Position numbers and translations under genes: made by a program | The notes under the pieces: model-generated | Told to the model about the DNA's origin: nothing | What the model saw: the letters and a program-made list of their open reading frames with translations, nothing else | Databases searched by the model: none | Shown here: positions 41,226 to 50,120 of the stretch, piece after piece | Layout: the number at the start of each line of letters is the position of its first letter | How positions within the stretch are numbered: the stretch's first letter is position 1 | Source: Spirochaetia bacterium | GTDB lineage: Bacteria; Spirochaetota; Spirochaetia; DSM-2461 | Direction of reading: 5' to 3' | DNA: 64,000 nucleotides | NCBI GenBank assembly: GCA_963666985.2 | Contig: CAXXIA010000002.1 | Span: forward strand, 3,008,001 to 3,072,000

Positions 41226-42101
41226 ATGAAGATAGGCTGGATAGGAACGGGAATCATGGGCGCGTCGATGTGCGGCCATGTCATGGATGCGGGGAACGAA
41301 GCGGCGGTATACAACAGAACCGAATCAAAGATTCAATCCCTGGTTGAAAAGGGTGCCCTCCCCGCGGCCGGTCCGGCCGAAGCGGCCGAAGGGCGTGACA
41401 TTGTGTTCACCATCGTCGGTTACCCTTCGGACGTTGAAGAAATTTACTTCGGAGAAAACGGGATTCTTTCGGTTGTAAAAAGCGGAGCGGTTTTGGTGGA
41501 CATGACCACATCCGCTCCTGATTTGGCCGTTCGAATCGCCCAAGCGGCGAAAGCGAAAGGAGCGTTCGCTCTGGATGCTCCGGTTTCCGGCGGGGACGTG
41601 GGAGCTCGGGAAGCGCGGCTGGCCATCATGGTCGGAGGAGAAGAGGCGGCCTTTACGAAGGTGAAGCCCCTTTTCGATGCGATGGGTACGAACGTCGCGC
41701 TGATGGGACCCGCGGGCAGCGGTCAGCATACGAAGATGGCCAATCAAATCGCCATCGCCGGAACCATGATCGGGACGGTCGAGGCGCTGCTGTACGCCCG
41801 GAGGGCGGGCTTGGAATTGGATGCTTTGATTGACGTTATCGGATCGGGCGCCGCCGGTTCCTGGACCATCAACAATCTGGGGCGCCGCATCGCCAAAGGG
41901 AATTTCGATCCGGGATTCATGGTGATGCATTATCTGAAGGATATGGGCATTGCCCTGGATGAGGCGAAGCGAATGAACCTCGCCCTGCCGGGATTGGCCT
42001 TGGTGGAATCGTTTTACAGAGCGGCGGCGGGACGCGGTTTGGAAAAGGCCGGAACACAGGTGCTGTTTCGGATTCTGGATGAGCTGAACGCGACCGCGTA
42101 A
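41226..42101 (+). CDS. Beta-hydroxyacid dehydrogenase (3-hydroxyisobutyrate/tartronate semialdehyde reductase family)
   Basis: GTGIMG, DAPVSGG, KMANQ, KDM. Confidence 0.9.
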   Translation: MKIGWIGTGIMGASMCGHVMDAGNEAAVYNRTESKIQSLVEKGALPAAGPAEAAEGRDIVFTIVGYPSDVEEIYFGENGILSVVKSGAVLVDMTTSAPDLAVRIAQAAKAKGAFALDAPVSGGDVGAREARLAIMVGGEEAAFTKVKPLFDAMGTNVALMGPAGSGQHTKMANQIAIAGTMIGTVEALLYARRAGLELDALIDVIGSGAAGSWTINNLGRRIAKGNFDPGFMVMHYLKDMGIALDEAKRMNLALPGLALVESFYRAAAGRGLEKAGTQVLFRILDELNATA

Positions 42102-42322
42102 TAAGGTGCTTTCTTCGGCGGAAATCAATGAAGGCGCGGCAGGCCGGGCCGAATCGCCATGCTCTTGGTCGCGGTGCACGGGCTGATGGGGTTGTATGCT
42201 TTCCTCAGCCTTGCCTCGGTACGATTCTGTGCGCGGCGCAAGGTTGTTCTTCGGCGGCCCGACGGACGTTATTCGGGGCAATCGGGATATTTTTTATAGG
42301 CGTTCGGCGATTCCCTATCGAC

Positions 42323-42341
42323 CGTTCACAGAGCGTTCATA
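42323..42341 (+). promoter_or_regulatory. Candidate OmpR/PhoB-type direct-repeat box
   Basis: CGTTCACA-GAG-CGTTCATA, 11-bp period. Confidence 0.5.
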
Positions 42342-42390
42342 TCGAAAGTCCATCTTGGTTTCAAGTCGATGTTTCGACAGGAGGTACAGG

Positions 42391-43167
42391 ATGAGTAATA
42401 AGAAGAAATGGCTGATAGGAACGGCTCTGATCGCGCTGACTTCCGTGTCCGTATTTGCCGCCGGAGTTCCGGAAGGCGACGGAGATTCGGATTTCCGGCC
42501 CGGAAGAAACCGCGCGGCCGTTCCCGGCGAGACAAATGGTGATGCCGACTCTTCCGTTAATCCCCGTTTTGGCCGCATTCCCGCGGCGAATCGAGGAGAA
42601 GGTCGGTTGGTCGGAGAGGATATTGAACTCGATACTTATGAGGGCACTTTCTCCATGGTTGAAGGCCGATATCCGGCTTTGGTAACCCCCAAGGGCGAGA
42701 CTTTTTATCTGATGCCGCATTTTCCCTTAACGGCGGATCAAATTCCCGAAGACGGTGCGAAGATTTCCGTACGAACACTTCCCTGTCCGATTTCTCCGGT
42801 TCATCTTGAGGTCTTCGAGGCGGAAATCAACGGTGAAGAATTGATCCCCGACTGGGAAGCGTTTCGAGGCGGACCCGGACGCGGCGCGTTCGCGATGGGC
42901 GGTCCCGGAATGGGCGGCCCCGGCGGATTTGTCGGCAGGCCCGACGCGGGCGGCCCTTATCCGATAACGCCGCCCTGTCCTTATTCTGATCCGTATGAGG
43001 GACGCCGTCATTCCGGGATGCGCGGCGGTGAGGATTGGTATGACGGTTATGGAATGCATGGCGGCCCCGGCCGATTCGGCGATCCTTCCGAAAGCGAATG
43101 GAGAAGACCGCGCCCGATGTGGGGAGGTCCGATTCCCGAGGAACCGTCGGCATCCGAGGCCGAATAA
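42391..43167 (+). CDS. Secreted Gly/Pro/Arg-rich hypothetical protein
   Basis: AGGAGG SD before ATG 42391; signal peptide ending in SVFA. Confidence 0.75.
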   Translation: MSNKKKWLIGTALIALTSVSVFAAGVPEGDGDSDFRPGRNRAAVPGETNGDADSSVNPRFGRIPAANRGEGRLVGEDIELDTYEGTFSMVEGRYPALVTPKGETFYLMPHFPLTADQIPEDGAKISVRTLPCPISPVHLEVFEAEINGEELIPDWEAFRGGPGRGAFAMGGPGMGGPGGFVGRPDAGGPYPITPPCPYSDPYEGRRHSGMRGGEDWYDGYGMHGGPGRFGDPSESEWRRPRPMWGGPIPEEPSASEAE

Positions 43168-43303
43168 TCGGAGCCGTTCGATACGGTAATGATGGAACGG
43201 AGTTTTTGGCGATAATATAAAAGGCGCGGCGCCCGGGTTGTTGACTCCGCCGGAGAGGCAAGTCTCCCGGGCGCCGGCTTTGCCGGTCGAGGCGGAGGTG
43301 CGC

Positions 43304-44008
43304 ATGACCATCCTGGTTGTCGAAGATGAAACACAGCTGAATAAAATGATTCGGGATTATCTGGAAACCCTCGGATGGTCGGTACTCGGCGCCGAGAGCG
43401 GAACGGAGGCTTTGGAATTGTTCCGAACCGAATCACCCGATTTCATTCTGCTCGATGTGATGATGCCGGGTCTTGACGGTCTTGATGTTATTCGCAGAAT
43501 CAGGGACGCCTCGGATGTTCCGGTGATATTCATCACGGCCATGGCCGAAGAATCCGATAAGCTCATCGGCCTGGAACTCGGGGCGGACGATTACATCACG
43601 AAGCCGTTCAGTCTGAAAGAAATGGCCGCCCGCATCCGCACGGTGATGCGGCGAGTCGGTAAAACGGCGGAAGAACCTATGGAACAGCCTGTTTTGAAAA
43701 ACGGCGATTTGGTTTTGGACCCGGAGCGAAGGTACGCCGAATCGGCGGGCCGGCCTTTGGATCTGACGGCCGTGCAGTTCGATATTCTGCATGGATTTAT
43801 GCGGCATCCCGGGCGTGTTTTCACACGGACGGAAATCCTGGAATTTTTTCAGGACCACGCATGGGAAGGGTATGAGCGGACCATTGACGCTCATGTGAAA
43901 AACATCCGCAAAGCGCTGGAGCCCGATCGGGATAATCCCAAGTATCTGCAGACGGTTCGCGGCGTGGGCTACCGGCTCACGGATGCCGGAGCACATGCGA
44001 AATCATGA
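43304..44008 (+). CDS. OmpR-family response regulator
   Basis: GGAGGT SD; LLDVMMP, GADDYITKPFS, RTIDAH, TVRGVGY. Confidence 0.93.
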   Translation: MTILVVEDETQLNKMIRDYLETLGWSVLGAESGTEALELFRTESPDFILLDVMMPGLDGLDVIRRIRDASDVPVIFITAMAEESDKLIGLELGADDYITKPFSLKEMAARIRTVMRRVGKTAEEPMEQPVLKNGDLVLDPERRYAESAGRPLDLTAVQFDILHGFMRHPGRVFTRTEILEFFQDHAWEGYERTIDAHVKNIRKALEPDRDNPKYLQTVRGVGYRLTDAGAHAKS

Positions 44009-45471
44009 GGATTCCGCTTCGGATTAAGATCCTCGCCTCATTCGCCCTTATCGTACTGTTGTCCATCGGTACCGCCGTAGGAGCGGGAAATCGGCTGACT
44101 CGGGTTCGTTTCGACGACTATTCTTACCGGCGCGACGTGGCGAGAGCCTCCTTTCTGGCCACCATGCTGACCGATTGGCTGATCGGCATGCGGGATGGGA
44201 CGAATACCCGCCCTCCTTTTCCCATGGAGCCGCCTCCGAGTCCTGAAAAAACATCCCAGATGCGCGGCAGGGAAGAGTCTCAGTTCATGGATCGAATGGC
44301 GGGTAAACATGGAGGTCCGGGGCCTATGGGCTTCGATCGCATGGTTGTTACCGATGTTCAAGGGAACGTCCTTCTGGATACCACGGGTGAAAATCGGAGA
44401 ACGCTCTCTCCGAGTCTTTATGAAAATGCCGTTATTCGGGATAACGCGGAAGTGCTCGGTTATCTTTATGTCGGGCGAATGATTCCGGACTTAACGCAGA
44501 ACGAGGATGTTTCTTTTTTCAGGGCCGTCGGAATCGCCACGTGGGGAATCGCCGCGGCGGTATTTATTATGGCCATGATTCTGGGAGTTCTCCTAACCCG
44601 GCATATCGTAAGTCCCATCATGAAGCTCAACGCGGCGGCCCGTTCCGTGGGAAACGGTGATTTGGCGGTCCGTGTTCCTTCCGCGAGACGTGATGAACTG
44701 GGAGAGCTTTCACGCGAGTTCAACAATATGGCCTCGTCTTTGGAATCGGCTGAGGAGAGCCGGCGGCGATTCATTGCCGATTCGGCTCATGAATTGAGAA
44801 CTCCTGTGAGTCTTATCCGAACCCGGATAGAGATGATGGAAGAAGGGATTTATCCTTTTGATTCGGAAAATCTTGCGGCTCTTTCGGCCGAAACCGAAAG
44901 GCTGAATTCACTGGTGGAACAGTTGCGAACCCTTTCCGATCTGGAAGCTCGGGAGTCCGGCGGAACATCCGGTTCGGATAACGGCGTGATGGAGAATCCC
45001 GTGCCGGTGGATTTGTCGGAACTCGCCCGCGAAGCCGTCGCCGCGGCTGAGCCCGCGTTGCGAAAAAGATCGGTAACGGCCGATATCCGAACCGAAGGAA
45101 ATCCCTTAAATCCCCGCGGCGATCGGGACGGGCTTTACCGTTTGGTTGTGAATCTTTTGAGTAATGCGATCAGACACGCCTCTTCGCGTGTTCTTATCGG
45201 CATCGAAGAGGTTCCGTCGGCGCGGGGTGAAGAAAAAAAACGTGTTCGGCTTGTCGTCGAGGACGACGGACCGGGGATTCCCGAGGATCGTCTGAATCTT
45301 ATTTTTGAACGGTATTACCGTCTGGATGCCTCCCGGAGCCGAGACGCGGGCGGTTCCGGTTTGGGATTGGCCATCTGCCGGGGCATTGTTCGGAATCACG
45401 GCGGCGGCATCCGGGCCGGACGGTCGGAATCGCTCGGCGGAGCGTCTTTTACGGTGGAACTTCCGCTTTAA
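44005..45471 (+). CDS. HAMP sensor histidine kinase (BaeS-like)
   Basis: 2 TM, HAMP, AHELRTP, NAIRH, DDGPG, GSGLGL. Confidence 0.92.
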   Translation: MRIPLRIKILASFALIVLLSIGTAVGAGNRLTRVRFDDYSYRRDVARASFLATMLTDWLIGMRDGTNTRPPFPMEPPPSPEKTSQMRGREESQFMDRMAGKHGGPGPMGFDRMVVTDVQGNVLLDTTGENRRTLSPSLYENAVIRDNAEVLGYLYVGRMIPDLTQNEDVSFFRAVGIATWGIAAAVFIMAMILGVLLTRHIVSPIMKLNAAARSVGNGDLAVRVPSARRDELGELSREFNNMASSLESAEESRRRFIADSAHELRTPVSLIRTRIEMMEEGIYPFDSENLAALSAETERLNSLVEQLRTLSDLEARESGGTSGSDNGVMENPVPVDLSELAREAVAAAEPALRKRSVTADIRTEGNPLNPRGDRDGLYRLVVNLLSNAIRHASSRVLIGIEEVPSARGEEKKRVRLVVEDDGPGIPEDRLNLIFERYYRLDASRSRDAGGSGLGLAICRGIVRNHGGGIRAGRSESLGGASFTVELPL

Positions 45472-45593
45472 GAGACGGACCGAAACATTCTTCGATTTCG
45501 GTCGGAACGCAGCGGCCGCCGAACCGACGGTGTTCACTCTCCGCTTGGATATCTTTCGGCCGGTATCGGCCGAAATGAAAAACGATTTTCAAA

Positions 45594-46487
45594 TCAGACC
45601 GGAGTATGCCGCCCGTTTTCTTTAAGGCAATCCACAAGTTTCTTAATGTTCGGATTAGGGTTGGAACTCAGCCAGACAGCCACAACATCGGAGCTCTCGC
45701 TGTTCGGCAAAGGAATAACGCGGATGCTTCTGTCGGTTTCAAGCCGTGTATTTCTATCCAAAACCGTTATACCGATTCCTGTTTCCACATAGAAAAGCAG
45801 ATTGTCCAAAGAATCCGCGAGCCGGACGATATTCGGTTCAAATCCTTGTTTTTTGCAGAAATCCAGCAGTTGATTATAGCCGCCGACGCTTTCTTCCGGA
45901 GAAATGGCGACAAAAGGCGCGTTATGGAAATCGCTCAAATCGGAAAAAGGGCTCTCACGGCTTACAAAGAGCGCTCCTTCCTGTGTTTTCAGCGTTTGAC
46001 ACATCAAATCGGGATTGCCGCAGATATCGAACGAAAGGGTGATTATCATATCCAGCCGATAAGATCTGAGCGCCTCCCTCAGTCTGGAAAATCCGTATCG
46101 TTCCAATTTGTATTGAAGATCGGGATAAAGCCGGGAGAACTTGTTGAAACGTTCGATAATTTCTCCGTGGAGGCTTTGTCCCGCCAAGAGGCCTATGGTG
46201 AGATCGCCCGTATCTCCGCGGTCCAGAGCGCGTGTGGTTTCGAAGATTTGTTCAAGATTTCTCGGCAGTTCTTTTATCTGTTCATAAAGATATTGACCCG
46301 CTTTCGTCAGCATGATCGACCGGCTGGTGCGGATGAAAAGTTTTACGTCCAGTTCGCATTCCAGAGATGATATCTGCTTTGAAATATTCGGCTGGGATGT
46401 ATAAAGATGCTCCGCGGCCTTTGTGAAGTTACCATGTTCCGCGGCTCCGACAAAATAGCGAAGTTTGGTTATATCCACCGCCATCAT
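45594..46487 (-). CDS. LysR family regulator
   Basis: NFTKAAEHLYTSQPNISKQI; divergent from the MFS operon. Confidence 0.92.
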   Translation of the reverse strand: MMAVDITKLRYFVGAAEHGNFTKAAEHLYTSQPNISKQISSLECELDVKLFIRTSRSIMLTKAGQYLYEQIKELPRNLEQIFETTRALDRGDTGDLTIGLLAGQSLHGEIIERFNKFSRLYPDLQYKLERYGFSRLREALRSYRLDMIITLSFDICGNPDLMCQTLKTQEGALFVSRESPFSDLSDFHNAPFVAISPEESVGGYNQLLDFCKKQGFEPNIVRLADSLDNLLFYVETGIGITVLDRNTRLETDRSIRVIPLPNSESSDVVAVWLSSNPNPNIKKLVDCLKENGRHTPV

Positions 46488-46536
46488 CCCTTAAGTGCGG
46501 AATCGTATTCAGCAGTCTCTTTGAGTCCGATTTTAA

Positions 46537-46557
46537 TCCATAACCAAATGGAATGGA
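46537..46557. promoter_or_regulatory. LysR recognition site (T-N11-A dyad)
   Basis: TCCAT-N11-ATGGA in the divergent intergenic region. Confidence 0.65.
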
Positions 46558-46642
46558 AAGAAGAAAAAATAGATATTGGTCAACTGATGAGCCGCCATTA
46601 TACGATATTGAATAAATTTTTATTTTAAAGAGGTGCTGCGAT

Positions 46643-47947
46643 ATGGCCGCTGCAAAGTCCAAAGGCTTTGGAAAGAAGGGGTGGGTTATTCTTCTTCTGA
46701 CATTCTTCAGCGTTCTGATTAACTCCATGATTATTTATGACTCGCTGAACGTTACCATCGGTGCTTTTGCATCAAGATTGAATCTTCAAAATCCCAGTCT
46801 CCTTTATGTCTTTTCCACCATCGCCGCATGGATCAGCGTGCCGGGAGCCGTTTTCTTCGGATGGCTCAGCGGCCGGAAATCCTGCAAATACGCCTGGGGT
46901 ACCGCTCTGTTCATCAACGCGGCGGCCACGCTGCTCTGGAGCTTCAGCAGCTTTACCGGACTTTATTTTATCTGTATCGCCGTCTGCAATATTTGCGGGA
47001 TGGGCTTCGGGTACATTGCGAGTCTTAACGTTATATCGAATTGGTATCCCACCAAAAAGGGACTGGCCATGGGGTTTGTAACCATCGGATTCCCTTTGTC
47101 CGCGACCATTGCCACCCCGCTGTGCTCCGCGCTTCTGAACGGAATCGGTCTTTCCGGTATTTATTACCTCTTCACGGTGGTCTGTGTTGTTTTAGGCATC
47201 CTGGTGTTTGCTCTGGTTAAGGATTATCCGGAGCAGTCGGGTGCGTTTCCGGACAATAACATGGAGTTCGACCGGGACGAAGCGGACAGGCGGCTTGCCG
47301 CAGGTCTGGAATACAGAAAAACATCCGTTTGGCAGCCTAAGGAATTTTTGAAGAGATCCAATGTCTGGAAAATCATATTCTCGCTGGGCGTTATGGAACT
47401 CTTTTCTCTCGGTGTTATGACGAACTTCGTACCCCGTATGGCCCAAATCGGCTACACGGTTGCCGATTGTACGCCGATGCTGGCCTGCGCCGGTTTGGTT
47501 GCCTGCATAGGCTCCTACCTCTGCGGTGTTCTCGATTCCAGGGTCGGACCGAAAAGGGCCGTGATTATTACGTTCCTGTTCGGAATTTTTTCTTTGGCCA
47601 TGAACATTGCCGGCGGTTACGTGAAGCTGGCCGGTCATGAAACCGCGGCGTATATCATGATTTTTGCCGCCCAGCCGTTTTTGGGTGTTATGCTGGGCGG
47701 AGCCGCCAACTATCTGGTTTCCATTATTTCCACCATCTGGGGCCGCTTCGACTTTGATAACGGATACCGTGTGATGAAGCCCGCCGTAGCGGTTATCGGC
47801 GCTCTCGGCATTACCATCTGCGGTGCCGTCGGCAATACCCTGCCCATGGGATACACCTATGCCTACGCGCTGTTGTGCGTACTGTGCATTATCGCCGTTA
47901 TCGTGGCATCGAGAATTAATGATGCCTATGTCGGCAAAGAAGACTGA
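46643..47947 (+). CDS. MFS transporter (OFA/monocarboxylate-like)
   Basis: About 12 TM; NWYPTKKGLAMG; LDSRVG. Confidence 0.85.
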   Translation: MAAAKSKGFGKKGWVILLLTFFSVLINSMIIYDSLNVTIGAFASRLNLQNPSLLYVFSTIAAWISVPGAVFFGWLSGRKSCKYAWGTALFINAAATLLWSFSSFTGLYFICIAVCNICGMGFGYIASLNVISNWYPTKKGLAMGFVTIGFPLSATIATPLCSALLNGIGLSGIYYLFTVVCVVLGILVFALVKDYPEQSGAFPDNNMEFDRDEADRRLAAGLEYRKTSVWQPKEFLKRSNVWKIIFSLGVMELFSLGVMTNFVPRMAQIGYTVADCTPMLACAGLVACIGSYLCGVLDSRVGPKRAVIITFLFGIFSLAMNIAGGYVKLAGHETAAYIMIFAAQPFLGVMLGGAANYLVSIISTIWGRFDFDNGYRVMKPAVAVIGALGITICGAVGNTLPMGYTYAYALLCVLCIIAVIVASRINDAYVGKED

Positions 47948-48010
47948 TTTCATGAGGCTCATTCATAAACATAATGGAGGAATGAGCCTCACATTCTGGA
48001 AGGAAACAAT

Positions 48011-48952
48011 ATGGCTTTGAAAATCTTAGGAATCTCCGGCGGCTCCAAAAACGGCGCCAATGACGCTATGTGCCGCGAGGCGCTGATGGGGGCACAAGAA
48101 TCCGGTGCGGACATTGAATTCATCCGTCTGCTCGATATCGATCTGAAACCCTGTACCGGATGCATCGCGTGCGTGAACAACATGATGTCCGGAGGCAACG
48201 GCGACTGTGTCATCAAAGACGACTTCAAATGGCTGGAAGAGAAGATTCTCGACGCCGATGGAATCGTTTGGGCCATGCCCATTTTCGAAAAGGGATCTCC
48301 CGGGGTTATGCATGTGGTTCAGGATCGAATGTTCGGCCCCACGCACGATCCGGGAATGTCCATCGTATCAACAGAGATTGCAAAGAAAACCGGCGGTCCC
48401 GGTCCCGATCGGCGCAAGATGAGAGCCCGTCCCATGAGTTTTATTTCCATCGGCGGATCGGACTGGAATACGCGGGTCAGCTGCGACATGAACATGCTTT
48501 CCATGGCTGCCGGATGGAAAACCATCGACGATTTGGTCTTTCCCTGGTCGAAATCCATTATTCTCGACGATAATGCGGTGGAAAAGTGTCATACGGTCGG
48601 ACGGAATATTGCCGGGGCCGCCGCTGATTTTGAGAACGCGGAATATAAAGGTGATCCGGGCTGCTGCCCCAACTGCCACAGCCGCAATTTTTATCTGGGA
48701 GCCGACGGCAAGGCTATCTGCGTGATTTGCGGAATCATCGGAGACATCGTTTTTAAAAACGGTCAATATTCCTTTACATTCCCGGCGGAACAGATGGAGC
48801 ACGCGCATAATCTGATACCCGGTAAAATGATTCATATGCAGGATATCGGCAAATACGAAGGACGCCTTGCCGAACAGAAGAAAACGCCCGAATTCAAGGA
48901 ACGGGTAGGGAAATATAAGGATTTTATTCAGGCTTCCAAGCCCGAAAAGTAA
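48011..48952 (+). CDS. Flavodoxin-fold iron-sulfur flavoprotein / NADPH-FMN reductase family with C-terminal 4-Cys module
   Basis: ILGISG, CTGCIAC-x11-C, ADGIV..MP, CPNC...CVIC. Confidence 0.8.
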   Translation: MALKILGISGGSKNGANDAMCREALMGAQESGADIEFIRLLDIDLKPCTGCIACVNNMMSGGNGDCVIKDDFKWLEEKILDADGIVWAMPIFEKGSPGVMHVVQDRMFGPTHDPGMSIVSTEIAKKTGGPGPDRRKMRARPMSFISIGGSDWNTRVSCDMNMLSMAAGWKTIDDLVFPWSKSIILDDNAVEKCHTVGRNIAGAAADFENAEYKGDPGCCPNCHSRNFYLGADGKAICVICGIIGDIVFKNGQYSFTFPAEQMEHAHNLIPGKMIHMQDIGKYEGRLAEQKKTPEFKERVGKYKDFIQASKPEK

Positions 48953-48976
48953 TAAGTGAGGCTTTCTAAAAATACT

Positions 48977-49016
48977 AGACTCGAAGGTGTGTTCCGATTC
49001 GGCGGGTCTTTTTTTT
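48977..49016 (+). terminator. Terminator-like stem with T-tract inside the operon
   Basis: AGACTCG...CGGGTCT followed by a T run; large loop. Confidence 0.45.
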
Positions 49017-49054
49017 ATGAGAGCCTCTTCAGATAAGGAGTAACGGATTTATAT

Positions 49055-50110
49055 ATGAAAGCATTGGCTTTGTACGGCCCTAAAGATTTGAGACTGGAGG
49101 AACGGCCCGTTCCTCATCCGGGTCCGAATCAAATGGTTGTTAAAATTGATTATGTCGGTATTTGCGGTACGGACGTGGAATTCTATGCAGGCCACTATCC
49201 CCCCTTCGTTCGGCTTCCCATGGTGCTTGGCCACGAAAACGCGGGTACCGTAGTGGAACTCGGGGAAGGCGTGACGGATTTTAAAGTCGGTGACAAACTT
49301 CTTTGCGGACCGCCCTCGGCCTGTGCCGAGATGTGTCCTTCCTGCAGGGAGGGCAAAACCAATATCTGTATCAACGGCTTTCCCAATACGGCCGGCATCG
49401 GCGGTCCGGACGGCGGATACTGCGAGTATTTCCTGATCCGCGATGTGGCTCATACCATGCTGATAAAAGTGCCTGAAAACGTGGATATGAAAGACGCCGT
49501 TCTCTTTGATGTTATCTGCGTGGCGCTTCACGGAATCCGTATTTCCCGGTTTAAAATCGGAGACAACGTGGTGGTGAGCGGTACCGGTTCCATCGGCCTT
49601 TCCGCCATTCAATTTCTGAAAGCCGGCGGCGCAGACAAAATCGTCGTTCTCGGTACCTCCGATGAAAAAGAGCCCGTCCTCAGGCAATATGGAGCGGATC
49701 ATTTCATCAATTCCAAAAAATGCGAGGACATAGGCGGAGAAATCAGGAAATTCTTCGGCTCATCCGTGGGCGCGGATGTTGTGTTTGAGTGCGCGGGCAA
49801 TCCGATCAGCTTCAACAACTGTGTCTCTCAATGCGTTAAACCGGGCGGGCAGGTGGTTGTTTTGGGAACCATTAATGAGTCCTTCCCCTTTTCACCCGGA
49901 GCCTTTTCCATCTTTGAACCCGATATTCAGTTCAGTTTCGTTTATACCGAAGAAGAGGTGAACATGTACCTCCGGATGCTCGCGGGCGGAAAAATCTCTT
50001 TCCCGGGAATGGTTACCGGTATCGTCGGTCTGGATGAAGCCGTGGAGAAGTATATCGGAGCTCCAAGCCGCAAGGGGCATCTGAAAGTTCTGATCGATCC
50101 GAGTTTGTAA
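49055..50110 (+). CDS. Zn-dependent medium-chain alcohol dehydrogenase
   Basis: GICGTD, GHE, CAEMCPSC-x7-C, GTGSIG. Confidence 0.9.
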   Translation: MKALALYGPKDLRLEERPVPHPGPNQMVVKIDYVGICGTDVEFYAGHYPPFVRLPMVLGHENAGTVVELGEGVTDFKVGDKLLCGPPSACAEMCPSCREGKTNICINGFPNTAGIGGPDGGYCEYFLIRDVAHTMLIKVPENVDMKDAVLFDVICVALHGIRISRFKIGDNVVVSGTGSIGLSAIQFLKAGGADKIVVLGTSDEKEPVLRQYGADHFINSKKCEDIGGEIRKFFGSSVGADVVFECAGNPISFNNCVSQCVKPGGQVVVLGTINESFPFSPGAFSIFEPDIQFSFVYTEEEVNMYLRMLAGGKISFPGMVTGIVGLDEAVEKYIGAPSRKGHLKVLIDPSL

Positions 50111-50120
50111 GGGGAATCGC

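Noticed and set aside
42196..42390. Upstream-extended starts in the ORF track (also 5345, 6475, 12883, 14547, 27655, 29328, 43238, 56497, 60050, 63971)
   Set aside because: Downstream ATGs fit SD or -10 position, signal peptides, gene overlaps and family N-termini better
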